64,000 bases of DNA from an uncultured delta proteobacterium (GCA_963808625.1 CAWEHK010000043.1:32001-96000); one strand, 5' to 3'; shown: positions 1 through 10,512, counted from the first letter of the stretch. Numbers and translations are program-made. Notes: a model not told the origin generated them from the sequence alone.

Positions 1-144
1 GAACCGAACAAGTCTTTGTTTGAATTGAGCGCTTTGCTCGTGGAGCTGGAAGAACTGCTTGGGCGGAAGGTCGATTTGATCACGGAAGACTCCATTTATT
101 GGCTTTTGAGACGGCGCATTCTCAAAGAGGCAGTGCCCCTGTGA
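1..144 (+). CDS. MNT-family nucleotidyltransferase antitoxin, 3' part only (truncated by window edge)
   Basis: Frame 1 reads EPNKSLFELSALLVELEELLGRKVDLITEDSIYWLLRRRILKEAVPL*, a typical minimal-NTase C-terminus (LEELLGRKVDL). Its TGA overlaps the GTG of the next gene. Confidence 0.8.
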   Translation, partial: EPNKSLFELSALLVELEELLGRKVDLITEDSIYWLLRRRILKEAVPL

Positions 145-512
145 GCAAAGATCCGCGGGTTTACCTGGCCCATATTGTTGAGTGTATCGATCGCATCCAA
201 GACTACACGAGCGGAGGCCGAGAGGCTTTCTTCCTAAGCCGCCTGACTCAGGATGCTGTAATGCGGAATTTGGAGATCATTGGCGAAGCTGCACGACGTG
301 TAAAGGAGGATTACCGTCAGGCCTATCCCGATATTCCCTGGCGTGAGATGGCTGCTTTGAGGAATGTGCTGATCCATGATTACGAAGGGGTGGATATCAG
401 AAGGGTCTGGCTGGTCGTTGAAAACGACCTGCCCTCACTCAGGATTAAGCTGAGAGCGCTCTTACCACCGTTGGAACAGCTCGAAGCGGAGCTTTTCAAT
501 GGCACAAGCTAA
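141..512 (+). CDS. HEPN/DUF86 (HepT-like) ribonuclease toxin
   Basis: GTG start at 141. Motifs DAVMRNLEIIGEAA, IPWREM and RNVLIHDY (HEPN Rx4-6H). Paired with the upstream MNT gene. Confidence 0.9.
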   Translation: MSKDPRVYLAHIVECIDRIQDYTSGGREAFFLSRLTQDAVMRNLEIIGEAARRVKEDYRQAYPDIPWREMAALRNVLIHDYEGVDIRRVWLVVENDLPSLRIKLRALLPPLEQLEAELFNGTS

Positions 513-592
513 ACCGTTGACATTTCTGAACCAACACCGGTAAATCGCCATAATGACCCGGAGACTACTGCGGTAGATTATTCTAATCACTT

Positions 593-2176
593 ATGATCAA
601 ACGGCTCAAAATCAAAGACTACATGGCCCACAAGGAGACCGAGCTGGAGCTGGGCATCGGGGTGACGGTGCTCACCGGGCCGAACAATTCCGGAAAGAGC
701 GCGGTCGTCGAGGCGCTGCGTTCCGTGGCGCAAAATCCCGCTCCCCATCACGTCATCAGGCATGGCGCAGCGAAGGCCGAGGTCCGGGTCGAGCTGGATT
801 CCGGGGAGGCTGTTGAATGGGTCCGAAGCCGCGGCAACACGGTTTATCAACTCTTCAAAACCGCTCAGGATGGCGGCGGTCCTGAAGACTCGCCGGAGGT
901 CTATGCAAAATTCGGCAGAACACCGCCCGAAGACATTCGCCGCCGTCTCCGGCTCGACCTTGTCGAAACCGAAAGCGGCACGGTCGACATCCATATCGGC
1001 AATCAGCGCTATCCCATTTTCCTCCTGGACCAGACCGGTTCGCAGGCTGCGAGTTTCTTTGCCGCCTCGACGGAAGCGGAATATCTCCTCCGGATCCAGC
1101 AGGCACTGAAGACAAGGACTGATCGCGCCAGAGGCCGGCGCAAAGATCTGCTCCAGGAATGCACGGAACTGGAGGAGGCCCTTGGTCTTTACCTCCCCGT
1201 GGACGACATCGACCTTGAACTCTCGCATACGGAAGAACTCTACGCGGGGCTGATTGCTTTGCAGCAGGCCCTGCCCCTCTTGGGTCGGACCATTGATGTG
1301 GTGCAGGAGGCAACCGTGCAGCATACCAGAAAGGCCGCATCTTTTGCCATTCTCGAAGGGCTTGCACCGCCACCCCAGACCCTGGAAACGAAAGGCCTCG
1401 AGCTGACCCTGCACGATCTTCGGGGCACCCTGCCGCAGCTCGGCCTGGTTGCGGCCGGCACCGCAGCCATGGAAGCTCTGTCTGCCCCCCCGGCACTGCC
1501 CGACACGACTCTTCTGGATGCCCTGCTCAGGGCTCTTGACAGCAACCGGATCACCCTCGACTATCGCTGCCTCGCAGGAGAAAGTCTCGCATCTCTGGAA
1601 CCACCCCCGCCGCTGCATGAAATTACCAAGCTCGAGGAGACGACCCGGGGCCTCGAGCTCGTGGGTCTCAACCGGAATCGGGCCGCCGCCGTCACCCGGG
1701 TCCTTGACGTGATCCAAACGCCGCCCGAAACTCACGCCACGACGCCCCTCCAAACCTTGCTCGAGCAGTGGACGGCCGGCGCCAGGTCGCGCGAATTCCA
1801 TGCTGCCAGGGGAGGCGTGCTGGAAAACTTGCCTGAACCGCCGCAACTTCACCCTCTCCGACCTCTGGAAGAGCTCACCGCGGCTTTGCACCAAAGGGAG
1901 CGGCGCATCGCCGAAACGCACGACCTCACGGCGGCTCTCGCGCAATTGCGTACCGCTCCGGAACCGGCGCCGATGGCTGTTGGCGATGAGCTCCTGGATC
2001 GCATGGCGCTCTTGCACCGTCGGTTCGAAGCCAGCACCCGACTCCAGGACGAACTGGCCTCTGCCCTCGCCTCGAAGCGCCGGGAAATCGCGGAGGTGAT
2101 CCAGGGTCTGGGATTGTGCCCCGTATGCGGACATCCGTTCGATACGGACCATTTCCTCGAGGAAACCCATGCCTGA
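593..2176 (+). CDS. SbcC/Rad50-like ATPase N-terminal half (Walker A, coiled coil, C-terminal CxxC)
   Basis: MIKRLKIKDYMAH start, Walker A GPNNSGKS, long coiled/Pro-punctuated region, ends CPVCGHP. No Walker B in this ORF. Confidence 0.8.
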   Translation: MIKRLKIKDYMAHKETELELGIGVTVLTGPNNSGKSAVVEALRSVAQNPAPHHVIRHGAAKAEVRVELDSGEAVEWVRSRGNTVYQLFKTAQDGGGPEDSPEVYAKFGRTPPEDIRRRLRLDLVETESGTVDIHIGNQRYPIFLLDQTGSQAASFFAASTEAEYLLRIQQALKTRTDRARGRRKDLLQECTELEEALGLYLPVDDIDLELSHTEELYAGLIALQQALPLLGRTIDVVQEATVQHTRKAASFAILEGLAPPPQTLETKGLELTLHDLRGTLPQLGLVAAGTAAMEALSAPPALPDTTLLDALLRALDSNRITLDYRCLAGESLASLEPPPPLHEITKLEETTRGLELVGLNRNRAAAVTRVLDVIQTPPETHATTPLQTLLEQWTAGARSREFHAARGGVLENLPEPPQLHPLRPLEELTAALHQRERRIAETHDLTAALAQLRTAPEPAPMAVGDELLDRMALLHRRFEASTRLQDELASALASKRREIAEVIQGLGLCPVCGHPFDTDHFLEETHA

Positions 2177-3152
2177 GACGCTCCTTGACCTCACCCTCGA
2201 GCCCAAAGCATATGCCGGCATCCTGTTCGTCGGCGATCCTCACATTGCCGCTTCGCCGCCGGGTTTTCGGCTGGATGATTACGCCGAGACGGTCCTGCAC
2301 AAGCTTGCCTTCAGCCTGGAGACGGCGGCACAACGGGCATACCTCCCCATCATCCTGGGCGACCTCTTCCATGTGCCCAGGGACAATCCCAATTCCCTCC
2401 TCGTGGCCCTCATTGAACTGTTTCGGCTGCATAAGCCGTGGGTGCTGGTCGGCAATCACGACAAATATGAGGCGCGGCTCACCCGCGATGTCTCCCTGGC
2501 AGTGCTCGATGCCGCCGGGGTCGTTCGACTCCTCGACCGCGACGGCCCGGTAGCTTCGGTACCCGTTGCGGGTCGCAAGGTCCTCATCGGCGCCTCGCCC
2601 GATTGGACCCCCCTTCCCGGCACGGTCAATCCCAATGGCCATGACCATGTGATCTGGTTGACACATCACGATTTAGCTTTTCCCGGCTACGAATCCGCCA
2701 GGACCAACTTGAGAGAAATCCCCGGAGTCGACCTGGTGGTCAACGGCCATATCCACACGCCCAAAGCTCCCCAGCGCTACGGCCGGACCCTCTGGTTGAA
2801 TCCCGGCAGTCTCACCCGCATCAGCCGCAGCCAGGTCACGCGAAACCTCAAGCCCGTGATTACCGCGTGGGTCCCGGCGAAGGACGAATTCGAAGTATTT
2901 GAAGTGCCTCATCAGCCCTTTGATGAAATTTTCCCCGCGCTCGACGAGGCGGATGCGGATGATCACGCGCCGGTGGATGAATCCATGTTCATCCGCGGGC
3001 TGGAGAACCTGGCGTTGCGCAAGACGAGCGAGGGGGTGGGACTGAGGGCCTTTCTCGACGTGAATCTTGCGGGCGAAAATCTCGTCGACAAAATCATCTG
3101 GGAATTATACGAGGAGATCATGCAGCATGGTAAAGAAAGAGATCAAGACTGA
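2169..3152 (+). CDS. SbcD/Mre11-like metallophosphoesterase nuclease
   Basis: Motifs GDPH, LGDLFH, GNHD, THHD, NGHIH, NPGSL. Overlaps the upstream ATPase gene. Confidence 0.85.
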   Translation: MPETLLDLTLEPKAYAGILFVGDPHIAASPPGFRLDDYAETVLHKLAFSLETAAQRAYLPIILGDLFHVPRDNPNSLLVALIELFRLHKPWVLVGNHDKYEARLTRDVSLAVLDAAGVVRLLDRDGPVASVPVAGRKVLIGASPDWTPLPGTVNPNGHDHVIWLTHHDLAFPGYESARTNLREIPGVDLVVNGHIHTPKAPQRYGRTLWLNPGSLTRISRSQVTRNLKPVITAWVPAKDEFEVFEVPHQPFDEIFPALDEADADDHAPVDESMFIRGLENLALRKTSEGVGLRAFLDVNLAGENLVDKIIWELYEEIMQHGKERDQD

Positions 3153-3468
3153 AGCTCAGGCGGGCAAGGCATCACCGCGTGACCAGCAGGTTGAGAACAA
3201 GCTCCTTGCCCTCCGGGAGGAGTATCGCAAACTTCACGAAAAGAAAATCGCCACCGAGAGGGACCGCCAGAACCTGGAAGAACGGCTCCGGGAACTGCGG
3301 GAGCAGGCGGAGCGGGAATACGGCACGAGCGATCTTGAACAGCTGCGCCAGCTCCTGGAGCAGCGGCGTCGGGAGAACGAACGGATGGTCGCGGAATACG
3401 AGGAGCATGTCCGCACCATCAACGAGCGGCTGGGTGAAATCGAGGGCACCGTGAAGGAAGGACTTTAA
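3127..3468 (+). CDS. Small coiled-coil protein
   Basis: ATG at 3127 after GAGGAG. E/R/L-rich heptads. Overlaps the end of the nuclease gene. Confidence 0.7.
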   Translation: MVKKEIKTEAQAGKASPRDQQVENKLLALREEYRKLHEKKIATERDRQNLEERLRELREQAEREYGTSDLEQLRQLLEQRRRENERMVAEYEEHVRTINERLGEIEGTVKEGL

Positions 3469-3681
3469 TCCCGAGAGCATCCACGAATACACACGAGTGG
3501 ACACGAATAGACTGACAACATGCTCCAAACCAAGGAGCGGTCGAAAAACAAGGCGCCTTCTTTTACCAAGAAGAGCAGCAGGATGACGGAGGAAAGGAAG
3601 TGATTTCTTCGTGCTCTTCGTGTCCTTTGTGGTTTGAAACAGAGTCAAAATGAGAGCAAGTTATTTTTGGACGAACCCAAA

Positions 3682-3818
3682 TACTACAACGAGGTTTCCG
3701 CAGGGGGCCTTAATCTGTGGGGCAGGCTTTCCAGCCTGCCTTTTGGGCAGTTCAGCATGGCAGGCTGGAAAGCCTGCCCCACGCAGTTTGAGGCTTGCTC
3801 AAATTACCGTTGCAGTGC
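3682..3818. repeat. ~137-bp MITE/REP-like element with core GCAGGCTTTCCAGCCTGCC...GGCAGGCTGGAAAGCCTGCCCCAC
   Basis: Short terminal inverted repeats ACTRCAACG/CGTTGYAGT. Related copies at ~17310-17446, ~36738-36874 and ~63028-63179 (inverted). Core or half-core only at ~25650, ~30150 and ~42815. Confidence 0.8.
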
Positions 3819-3834
3819 TAAGGACCGTTAATTA

Positions 3835-4500
3835 ATGAAAGACGTCGAACTCGAATCCCAGGGGGTTCCTGAGCCGGGCCCGCTGCGCAAGCGCCTGGAC
3901 ACTCTCCGGTGGCGGCAGAAAACCCTTCACCAGAAGCTGCTGAAGAACCACGAGACGCTCCAGGACCTGGATGCCTTCCTGGAAATTCAGCCCCGCGTCG
4001 CAGAGCGTTTGGATGAGCTTTCCCGCCAGCTTTTTGGGAACATCCTGGAAGAAATCGAGCGGAACTTGACGTATGCTCTGAGGGAAATCCTGGGGCAGGA
4101 CCTGCGGGTGGTTTCCCAGAAAGAGATGAAGAACCGGAAAATGCACGTCACCTTCGGGATTGAACGCGAGGGAAAGCCCGAGGACATCCTTACCGGCCAG
4201 GGAGGCTCCGTCTGCAACGTCATTTCGGTGGGGTTGCGCTTGATCGCTCTCTCGCAGCTTGATGAACGGGAACATCGCCGGTTCCTCGTGCTGGACGAAC
4301 AGGACTGCTGGCTCAGGCCGGACCTGGTGCCCCGTCTCATGGCGATTATTCATACCATCGCTCGGAAGCTGCAATTCCAGGTACTCGTGATCAGCCATCA
4401 CAGCATGGATCTCTTCCGAGAACATGCCGACCGCATCTACCGGATTGTACCGGCTGTGAGGCCCGATGCCGGAGTGCGGATCGAACTGCTGAAAGAATGA
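3835..4500 (+). CDS. ABC/SMC-type ATPase C-terminal half (signature, Walker B, H-loop)
   Basis: Coiled N-terminus, then GQGGS (degenerate signature), FLVLDEQD (Walker B) and VLVISHH (H-loop). No Walker A. Confidence 0.8.
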   Translation: MKDVELESQGVPEPGPLRKRLDTLRWRQKTLHQKLLKNHETLQDLDAFLEIQPRVAERLDELSRQLFGNILEEIERNLTYALREILGQDLRVVSQKEMKNRKMHVTFGIEREGKPEDILTGQGGSVCNVISVGLRLIALSQLDEREHRRFLVLDEQDCWLRPDLVPRLMAIIHTIARKLQFQVLVISHHSMDLFREHADRIYRIVPAVRPDAGVRIELLKE

Positions 4501-4740
4501 CCTCACCGCAGAGACGCAGAGAGCGCAGAGAAAGGCATAACCTAAAGCAAAATCCTGACAGAAACCCAAGGAATTGTAGGTTGGCAATGCAAAGGAAAAA
4601 GGCTGACTTGCTTCAATGCAGAGGACTCCTAACGCGCATCAATAAGAAATTGGCTTCGATTTTTCTGTATCTTATGGTTTTCTCTGCGCTCTCTGCGTCT
4701 CTGCGGTGAACTTTTGCTTTCAAAAAATCACAGGTAGGCC

Positions 4741-7221
4741 ATGCCAAGACTGGTAATTGATGATCTTTCGATCGAGGTCCCTGCCGGGACCAAGGTCATC
4801 GAGGCTGCCGAACAACTGGGCATAATGATTCCGCGGTTCTGTTACCACAAGGCTCTGGGATCGGTTGGCGCCTGCCGCATGTGTGCGGTGAAGTTCCTGC
4901 AGGGCCCGTTCAAGGGGGTCCAGATGAGCTGCCTCGTAGACGCCCAGGACGGCATGGTGGTTTCCACCACCGATGACGAGGCGGTGGCGTTTCGCAAGTA
5001 CATCATCGAACTGCTCATGCTGAATCACCCTCACGACTGCCCGGTCTGCGACGAAGGGGGACAGTGCCTGCTTCAGGACATGACGGTTTCAGGCGGGCAC
5101 GGCATGCGGCGTTATCTCGGCAGGAAGAGGACTTATCGGGACCAGGACCTCGGGGCGTTCATCGCTCATGAGATGAATCGCTGTATTCACTGCTATCGGT
5201 GCTCCCGGTTTTACCAGGAATTTAGCGGGTATCGCGATCTCGGGCCGATGCAGATTGCCAGCCGGGTGTATTTTGGCCGTTTTCAAGACGGGCAACTGGA
5301 GAGCCCCTTTTCCGGGAATCTCGTTGATCTGTGCCCGACCGGCGTTTATACGGACAAGCCGGCGCGCTTCAAAGGGCGGCGATGGGACTTCGAGCGGGCC
5401 CCGTCGCTGTGCCTGCATTGTTCGCTCGGCTGCAATACCACGGCCAATGCGCGCTACCGGACGATGGTGCGAGTTGAAGCGCGATCCAATGAGTTGGTCA
5501 ATGGCTTCTTCATCTGCGACCGGGGCCGGTTTGGCTTCTCCTATGCCAATCATCCGGAGCGACCGCGTCACGCCAGGGTTGACGGGAATGAGTCCTCGCT
5601 CGAGGAGGCTCTTCAAGCCGCCCGCAGCCGGCTCGCAACCATTCAGGACCAGGCGGGCCGCCATGCTGTCGCCGGCCTCGGCTCTCCGCGCAGCAGTCTG
5701 GAAACGCAGGGGATGCTCAAACGCTTATGTCGGTTGATGCAGTGGCGCGAGCCCGACTACTTTCTCGACCCTCGACTCAAGAAGAAAGTCCAGAGCGCCA
5801 TTTCCCAACTGGATAGCCGGATGGCAGTCTCGCTGCGCCAGGTCGAGACGGCGGATTGTATCCTGGCGGTCGGCATCGACCCCCTTAACGAAGCTCCGAT
5901 GCTGGCGCTTGCCATGAGGCAGGCTTATCGCAGGGAAGCAACCGTAGCCGTGATCGATCCCCGGCCGCTTTCCCTGCCTTTCCCCTTCGCCCACCTGGCG
6001 GTTCCAACCTGGAACCTGGACCGCTGTTTGCGCGTGCTCTTTCAGGGGGGCAGGGAGGAGCTTCATTTGAGTCAAAGGGACCAGGACGACGCATCACTTT
6101 CCCCCGAAATCCACCGGCAGATTACGGAAGTTGCCGCAGCGTTCAGGGCGAGCGGCAATCCGGTCCTGATCTGCGGCACGGATGTGGTCCCTGAAAGCAC
6201 CCCGGCCCTCATCGGCGCCCATGCGCGGTTGTTGCTCCAGGAGAAAGGGACCTGCGGCCTCTTTTATGCGCTTCCCGGTGCCAACGCCTTCGGTGCCGGG
6301 CTCCTCAGTTCTGCCGGCGATCAGACGTTCCTCGAAACCGTTGAGGCCATTGAACGGGGTGAGGTCAAAGCACTGATCGTTGTTGAATCGGACCCTTTCG
6401 GGCAATTTCCCGACCGGTCCCGGCTCGAGCGGGCCCTTGCGAAGCTGGAGTGTCTGCTGGTGTTGGATTATCTGCCGTCACCGCTCACTGCCCGAGCCCA
6501 CATTGTGCTGCCAATTTTGACCATGTTCGAAACCGGCTCCAGCTTTATCAACCAGGAAGGCAGGGTTCAATTTGCGCAACCGATTTATCACGGAGGGACG
6601 CCGGTGTCTCAGGCGATGGCGGGTGGACATCCGCCGCGGCTTTATGCAGAGGACCTTTCCGGCGGGGAACTGAAGCCTGCCTGGGAGCTCCTGGCCGACC
6701 TGGCGGACGCAATGTCGACGGGGCAGAAAATCGGGCCGCAGGATAACCCGCTTTCCCGGGCTGCCCTCGAGCATCCTCTGCTTGCCGGACTGCGACATTT
6801 GGACTACCCCATTGACAACGTCCGGTGTATACCTGTTTCGGTTGAGGCGGAACCGTTCCCCTCAGTCGTTGACTCCTTCATCGGTCCCGATACTCAAAAG
6901 GAACTGCAGCTCCTTCTGGTGGAGTCGAACCCGGGCTCTGAAGAGTTGTCTCAGTATGCGGACCTCATCCAACAGGTGGAACGTGAACCCGTCCTTGCCA
7001 TGCACACCGACGATGCGGCAAAGCTCGGGTTTTCGGAGGGTGACCGGGTCTTGCTTACCTTCGAGGGAGGAACGATCCAAACAAGACTCAGGGTCGCAAA
7101 AAACATGGCACCGGGGACCCTGATTTTGCCTCGCCACCGGAAACTCGCATGGCAGCAGGTCGGGGACTTTTCCGTAATGCTGCCTTTGGATAGGCTAAGA
7201 AGAGAGCAATGGGGTGGTGCC
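4741..7221 (+). CDS. nuoG: NADH-quinone oxidoreductase subunit G-like protein (ORF continues in frame to 7776)
   Basis: IPRFCYH, GACRMC, NHPHDCPVCDEGGQC, RCIHCYRC, DLCPTG, CLHCSLGC...FICDRGRF, followed by molybdopterin-oxidoreductase-like domains. No other nuo genes are adjacent. Confidence 0.85.
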
Positions 7222-7776
7222 ATGAGAAGACTCGTTATTCTTGTTCTGCTGTTTCCTGCGATTGCTCTCAGCGGAGAATGTGAAAATCAAGGCGGAAAAT
7301 GTGTTCCGTTTGCTCCCGACCAGGTGTGTCCTTCCGGGGGAAAGGGAGTCCCGGGGCTTGGATGCGCAGTGGCTGAAATATGCTGCAAAGCAGACGAGAA
7401 GTGCTGCATCGTGGTTCCCTTTCAAGAATGTTTCAATGCGGATACTCCTGCCAGGGTAGCCAACTGCAAAGGCCGAATCATTAACTGTTCGTGTCCTCCT
7501 AATTGCACCGCCCGATGCGTGGAAAGCGAGAAATGCTGCACCCACGGCAGCAGGCTGGCGGAAATTCCCTATGGGATAACGGAAGAGGACTGCATCAAGA
7601 ATGGTTGGACCGTTAATCCGATTTCCTGCGAGAAAGTCGAACAGCAGCTCACCAGAAAATGCTGTCTCACAGACAGTACTTGTATGAGCATACCACACAG
7701 AATTGCAGAAGAAGAATGTTTGTCCGAGGGCTGGGCGGTGATCTATTGTCGATTTGGCGATAGCTGCAAAAGGTAA
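7222..7776 (+). CDS. Secreted cysteine-rich protein (24 Cys)
   Basis: Internal ATG at 7222 preceded by GGGGTGG. Signal-peptide-like MRRLVILVLLFPAIALS. In frame with nuoG with no intervening stop. Confidence 0.65.
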   Translation: MRRLVILVLLFPAIALSGECENQGGKCVPFAPDQVCPSGGKGVPGLGCAVAEICCKADEKCCIVVPFQECFNADTPARVANCKGRIINCSCPPNCTARCVESEKCCTHGSRLAEIPYGITEEDCIKNGWTVNPISCEKVEQQLTRKCCLTDSTCMSIPHRIAEEECLSEGWAVIYCRFGDSCKR

Positions 7777-7830
7777 CCGAGTCATGAGCGGGTTAGACCT
7801 GGCGGTCAACCGGCAGTGCTAAGGGTAGTG

Positions 7831-8952
7831 ATGAAAGCGATAAGTATACAGCAGCCATTTGCGTTCGGGATTGTCAGCGGTCAGAAAACAATCGAGGTCA
7901 GGACCTGGGACACCCATCACCGGGGGGACCTTCTCGTCTGTTCATCGGGAAAACCCGCCTTCTCCAGGATGGAAATGGAAGAGATGGAGGAGGAGTACGA
8001 CTGTACTTTCCTCTATGGACATGCGCTTGCTGTCGTTAGCCTTGTGGACGTCCGGCAGGTGAGAAGAGGAGACGAGGAGAAGGCGCTCATGGACGAAATC
8101 GATCCCGAAGCCTGCTGTTGGGTCCTTGCGGACGTTCGTCCCGTTATTCCGTTCCCCGTCAAAGGGAGGCAGGGCCTCTTCGAGGTCGATGACAGCCTCA
8201 TCACCGAAGCGCCTTTCAAATTCGATCAAACGATTGTCGTAAGAGGAGGGACCGTCGCAGAAGATTTAGGGATCGATTTCTCCGGTTGGCATGGCCGGGT
8301 TTCCGAGGTCCTTCTCACCGAAGAGGGCGAGCCCCGGGCCCATGTAACCTGGGACAGTGTGTCTCTGCGCAGCATGCCGCTTACGGTGATCGAGAAATGC
8401 GTGAGGGAAGGCTTTGACTGGACCGGGGTGCTGGTGCGCCTCCATGAGATCGAACATGCCGAGCCGAGGGATACGTGGGATGATGTCCGGAATGCAATCG
8501 AAGACCTCGAGGCGGAGCATTTCTCCATCTTCCAGGTGAAGAGACAGTTAGGTCCGAGTTACACGAACATCGAAGAGAAGCGTTGGAAGAACTCAGGCTG
8601 GAAACTGGGGGCCGAAGCCCCCTGTTGGCTGGCAATGCGTTACTTCTTTTTGCCTTTCTTGACATTCAGGCTTTCTTTGAATGCCTTTCCAGCAGTAAAC
8701 TTTACCGCCTTCTTGGCAGGGATCTTCAACTTCTTGCCAGTCGCAGGATTACGGCCTTCCCGGGCGGCTCGTTCCACCATTTTGAAACTTCCAAACCCGA
8801 TAAAGGTTACTGTCTCACCGGCACGGACAGCCTCCATGATCGAAGCCAGAGTGCTGTCGATTGCTGCATTTGCTGCCTTTTTGGTGACCTCAAGATCCTT
8901 GGAAACCTTTGTTATAAGCTCGGCTTTTGTCATGTCCCTCTCCTCCATTTAA
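7831..8952 (+). CDS. ASCH-domain protein (true end probably ~8540)
   Basis: MKAISIQQPFA...GQKTIEVRTW...RGDLL...PVKGRQGLF is the ASCH signature. The tail after ~8540 runs antisense through the HU gene. Confidence 0.75.
   Translation: MKAISIQQPFAFGIVSGQKTIEVRTWDTHHRGDLLVCSSGKPAFSRMEMEEMEEEYDCTFLYGHALAVVSLVDVRQVRRGDEEKALMDEIDPEACCWVLADVRPVIPFPVKGRQGLFEVDDSLITEAPFKFDQTIVVRGGTVAEDLGIDFSGWHGRVSEVLLTEEGEPRAHVTWDSVSLRSMPLTVIEKCVREGFDWTGVLVRLHEIEHAEPRDTWDDVRNAIEDLEAEHFSIFQVKRQLGPSYTNIEEKRWKNSGWKLGAEAPCWLAMRYFFLPFLTFRLSLNAFPAVNFTAFLAGIFNFLPVAGLRPSRAARSTILKLPNPIKVTVSPARTASMIEARVLSIAAFAAFLVTSRSLETFVISSAFVMSLSSI
8640..8933 (-). CDS. hup: HU family DNA-binding protein
   Basis: MTKAELI...GFGSF...RAAREGRNPATG...IPAKKAVKFTAGK. 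Confidence 0.95.
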   Translation of the reverse strand: MTKAELITKVSKDLEVTKKAANAAIDSTLASIMEAVRAGETVTFIGFGSFKMVERAAREGRNPATGKKLKIPAKKAVKFTAGKAFKESLNVKKGKKK

Positions 8953-9461
8953 GGTTAAAGTTTTACGCCGACAACCACATGGTGCATCTCATGAAGAACA
9001 TCTTTAAACCATACTGGTGATTAAAACTGATTAAGCTTCCCGTAAGCTATTGATGCTTTAGAGCCTGCGTCTTTAGATGGCCGCAGAGGTTTCACCACCC
9101 AAGATATTGGAACATAACCGAGTCCATAACTTGCAGCAGAACCGGTCGTTATGAAAAATTCACAGGTATATGAAGCGCCTGAACCTTGCAAGAGTTAGTC
9201 TATTCACGGATTATTGAAAACAACAATCTTTTCGATAAGTCAAGGAGAAAGAACACAATAGGGGGCTTCTAGGGCAATAAAAGTCTCGGATACCTGCTAC
9301 GGGGAGGCCTGAAGCCGGGAAGAACTGCCCCGGAACAGGGAATCAACAGAGTAACGGCTTCCCCAGAAAGTCGTTCGGCCAAACGCTGACAGCGTATCGT
9401 ACGGGCTCGAACGGTATTGGCTATCGCTCGAAAGCAGCCCATCCGAGCGATGCAGTTGGAG

Positions 9462-10010
9462 CTAAGGTGATTTGCGGAAGCTGAAAAAATCCTGGCCGGC
9501 CGTGACCGGATTTGCGGGACTGCTTGCCGGGCCGACGGAGAGGTCCGGGACATCGGCAGCCAAAGGATTGGCTGTCGCTGGACCTGAGGGGACGAAGGGA
9601 TTGACCGTTGCTTGGCTCACACCGAAAGGATCGACAACCGGTCCCGGCATAAAAGGCGGGTTCGACAGACCGCCCGGTGAGGTCGCCACAGCAAAGGGAT
9701 CGATGACCTGGGCATTGGCATCAAAAGGCCGGTCAAGGGATGGCGCAGCGGGTGCGCTCATCAAAGATGAACTGGTGCCCGGAATGGCTCCGTTGGCGCT
9801 TGAGAGAGAACCGAATTGGCTCGTCTTCCGGCCCCCCGGAGAAGTGGCGACACGCTGTTGGTTGGCGCGATTCATCCGGTTGTAGGCGTTCAGGACCTTT
9901 GCTAAATCGCGATTGTACTGAGGCCCACCGGCGTTGGGTCTTGCCCGCTGGGCAAGGGCCGGGTTGAAAAACATAAGGATGGCGGCAGTCAAGATTATCG
10001 TCTTCTTCAT
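9462..10010 (-). CDS. Secreted Pro/Ala-rich hypothetical protein
   Basis: Signal peptide MKKTIILTAAILMFFNPALA. Repeated DPF/NPF/NPL motifs. Confidence 0.6.
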   Translation of the reverse strand: MKKTIILTAAILMFFNPALAQRARPNAGGPQYNRDLAKVLNAYNRMNRANQQRVATSPGGRKTSQFGSLSSANGAIPGTSSSLMSAPAAPSLDRPFDANAQVIDPFAVATSPGGLSNPPFMPGPVVDPFGVSQATVNPFVPSGPATANPLAADVPDLSVGPASSPANPVTAGQDFFSFRKSP

Positions 10011-10179
10011 CTGCGGACCCTCACACAATCATCATTGTCGCTTTAGAGTGTCGTAAAGGAATCAATACCTGCCATAGCATCCCTGGAAATCATGTTAATT
10101 CTGACTCACCTATGATAATTGAAATATGAAGGACCGTCGACCGGTTTCTGTATACAAATCCGGGGGAGAATGAGTCAGC

Positions 10180-10512
10180 ATGAAACAGTACGTCATCGAT
10201 CAACTGCGCCAATCTGATTTTGCCGAGATCCGGGAGTTCCTTGGCAGGAATGCCGAAAGCACCGGTGTCGAGGGCATTTACTGGGTGAACCTCCCGGCCG
10301 CCCTGTATAGCGTCATCCAGACTGAACATTCAAAATGTAACCCCTTCTACTTTGCCGTGAATCTTACCTGGAACGACGTCGCATTCGAACTGCTCATACG
10401 CAGCCGCCAGGTGATCAGGTGCCATTGCATCGCTTACGCCACCCCGCAGCAGCGGGAATACATCATCCATTTTGCAGACCGCATGATCGAGGAGCTGGGA
10501 TTGAAGCTCTAG
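10180..10512 (+). CDS. Hypothetical protein
   Basis: 110-aa ORF with plausible RBS and codon usage. Contains a CxC motif. Confidence 0.65.
   Translation: MKQYVIDQLRQSDFAEIREFLGRNAESTGVEGIYWVNLPAALYSVIQTEHSKCNPFYFAVNLTWNDVAFELLIRSRQVIRCHCIAYATPQQREYIIHFADRMIEELGLKL

Noticed and set aside
8540..8952. Genuine antisense overlap of the ASCH gene over the whole HU gene
   Set aside because: The acidic domain ends near 8535, where CAGGTGA would give CAG TGA with one base fewer. Probably an indel artefact.
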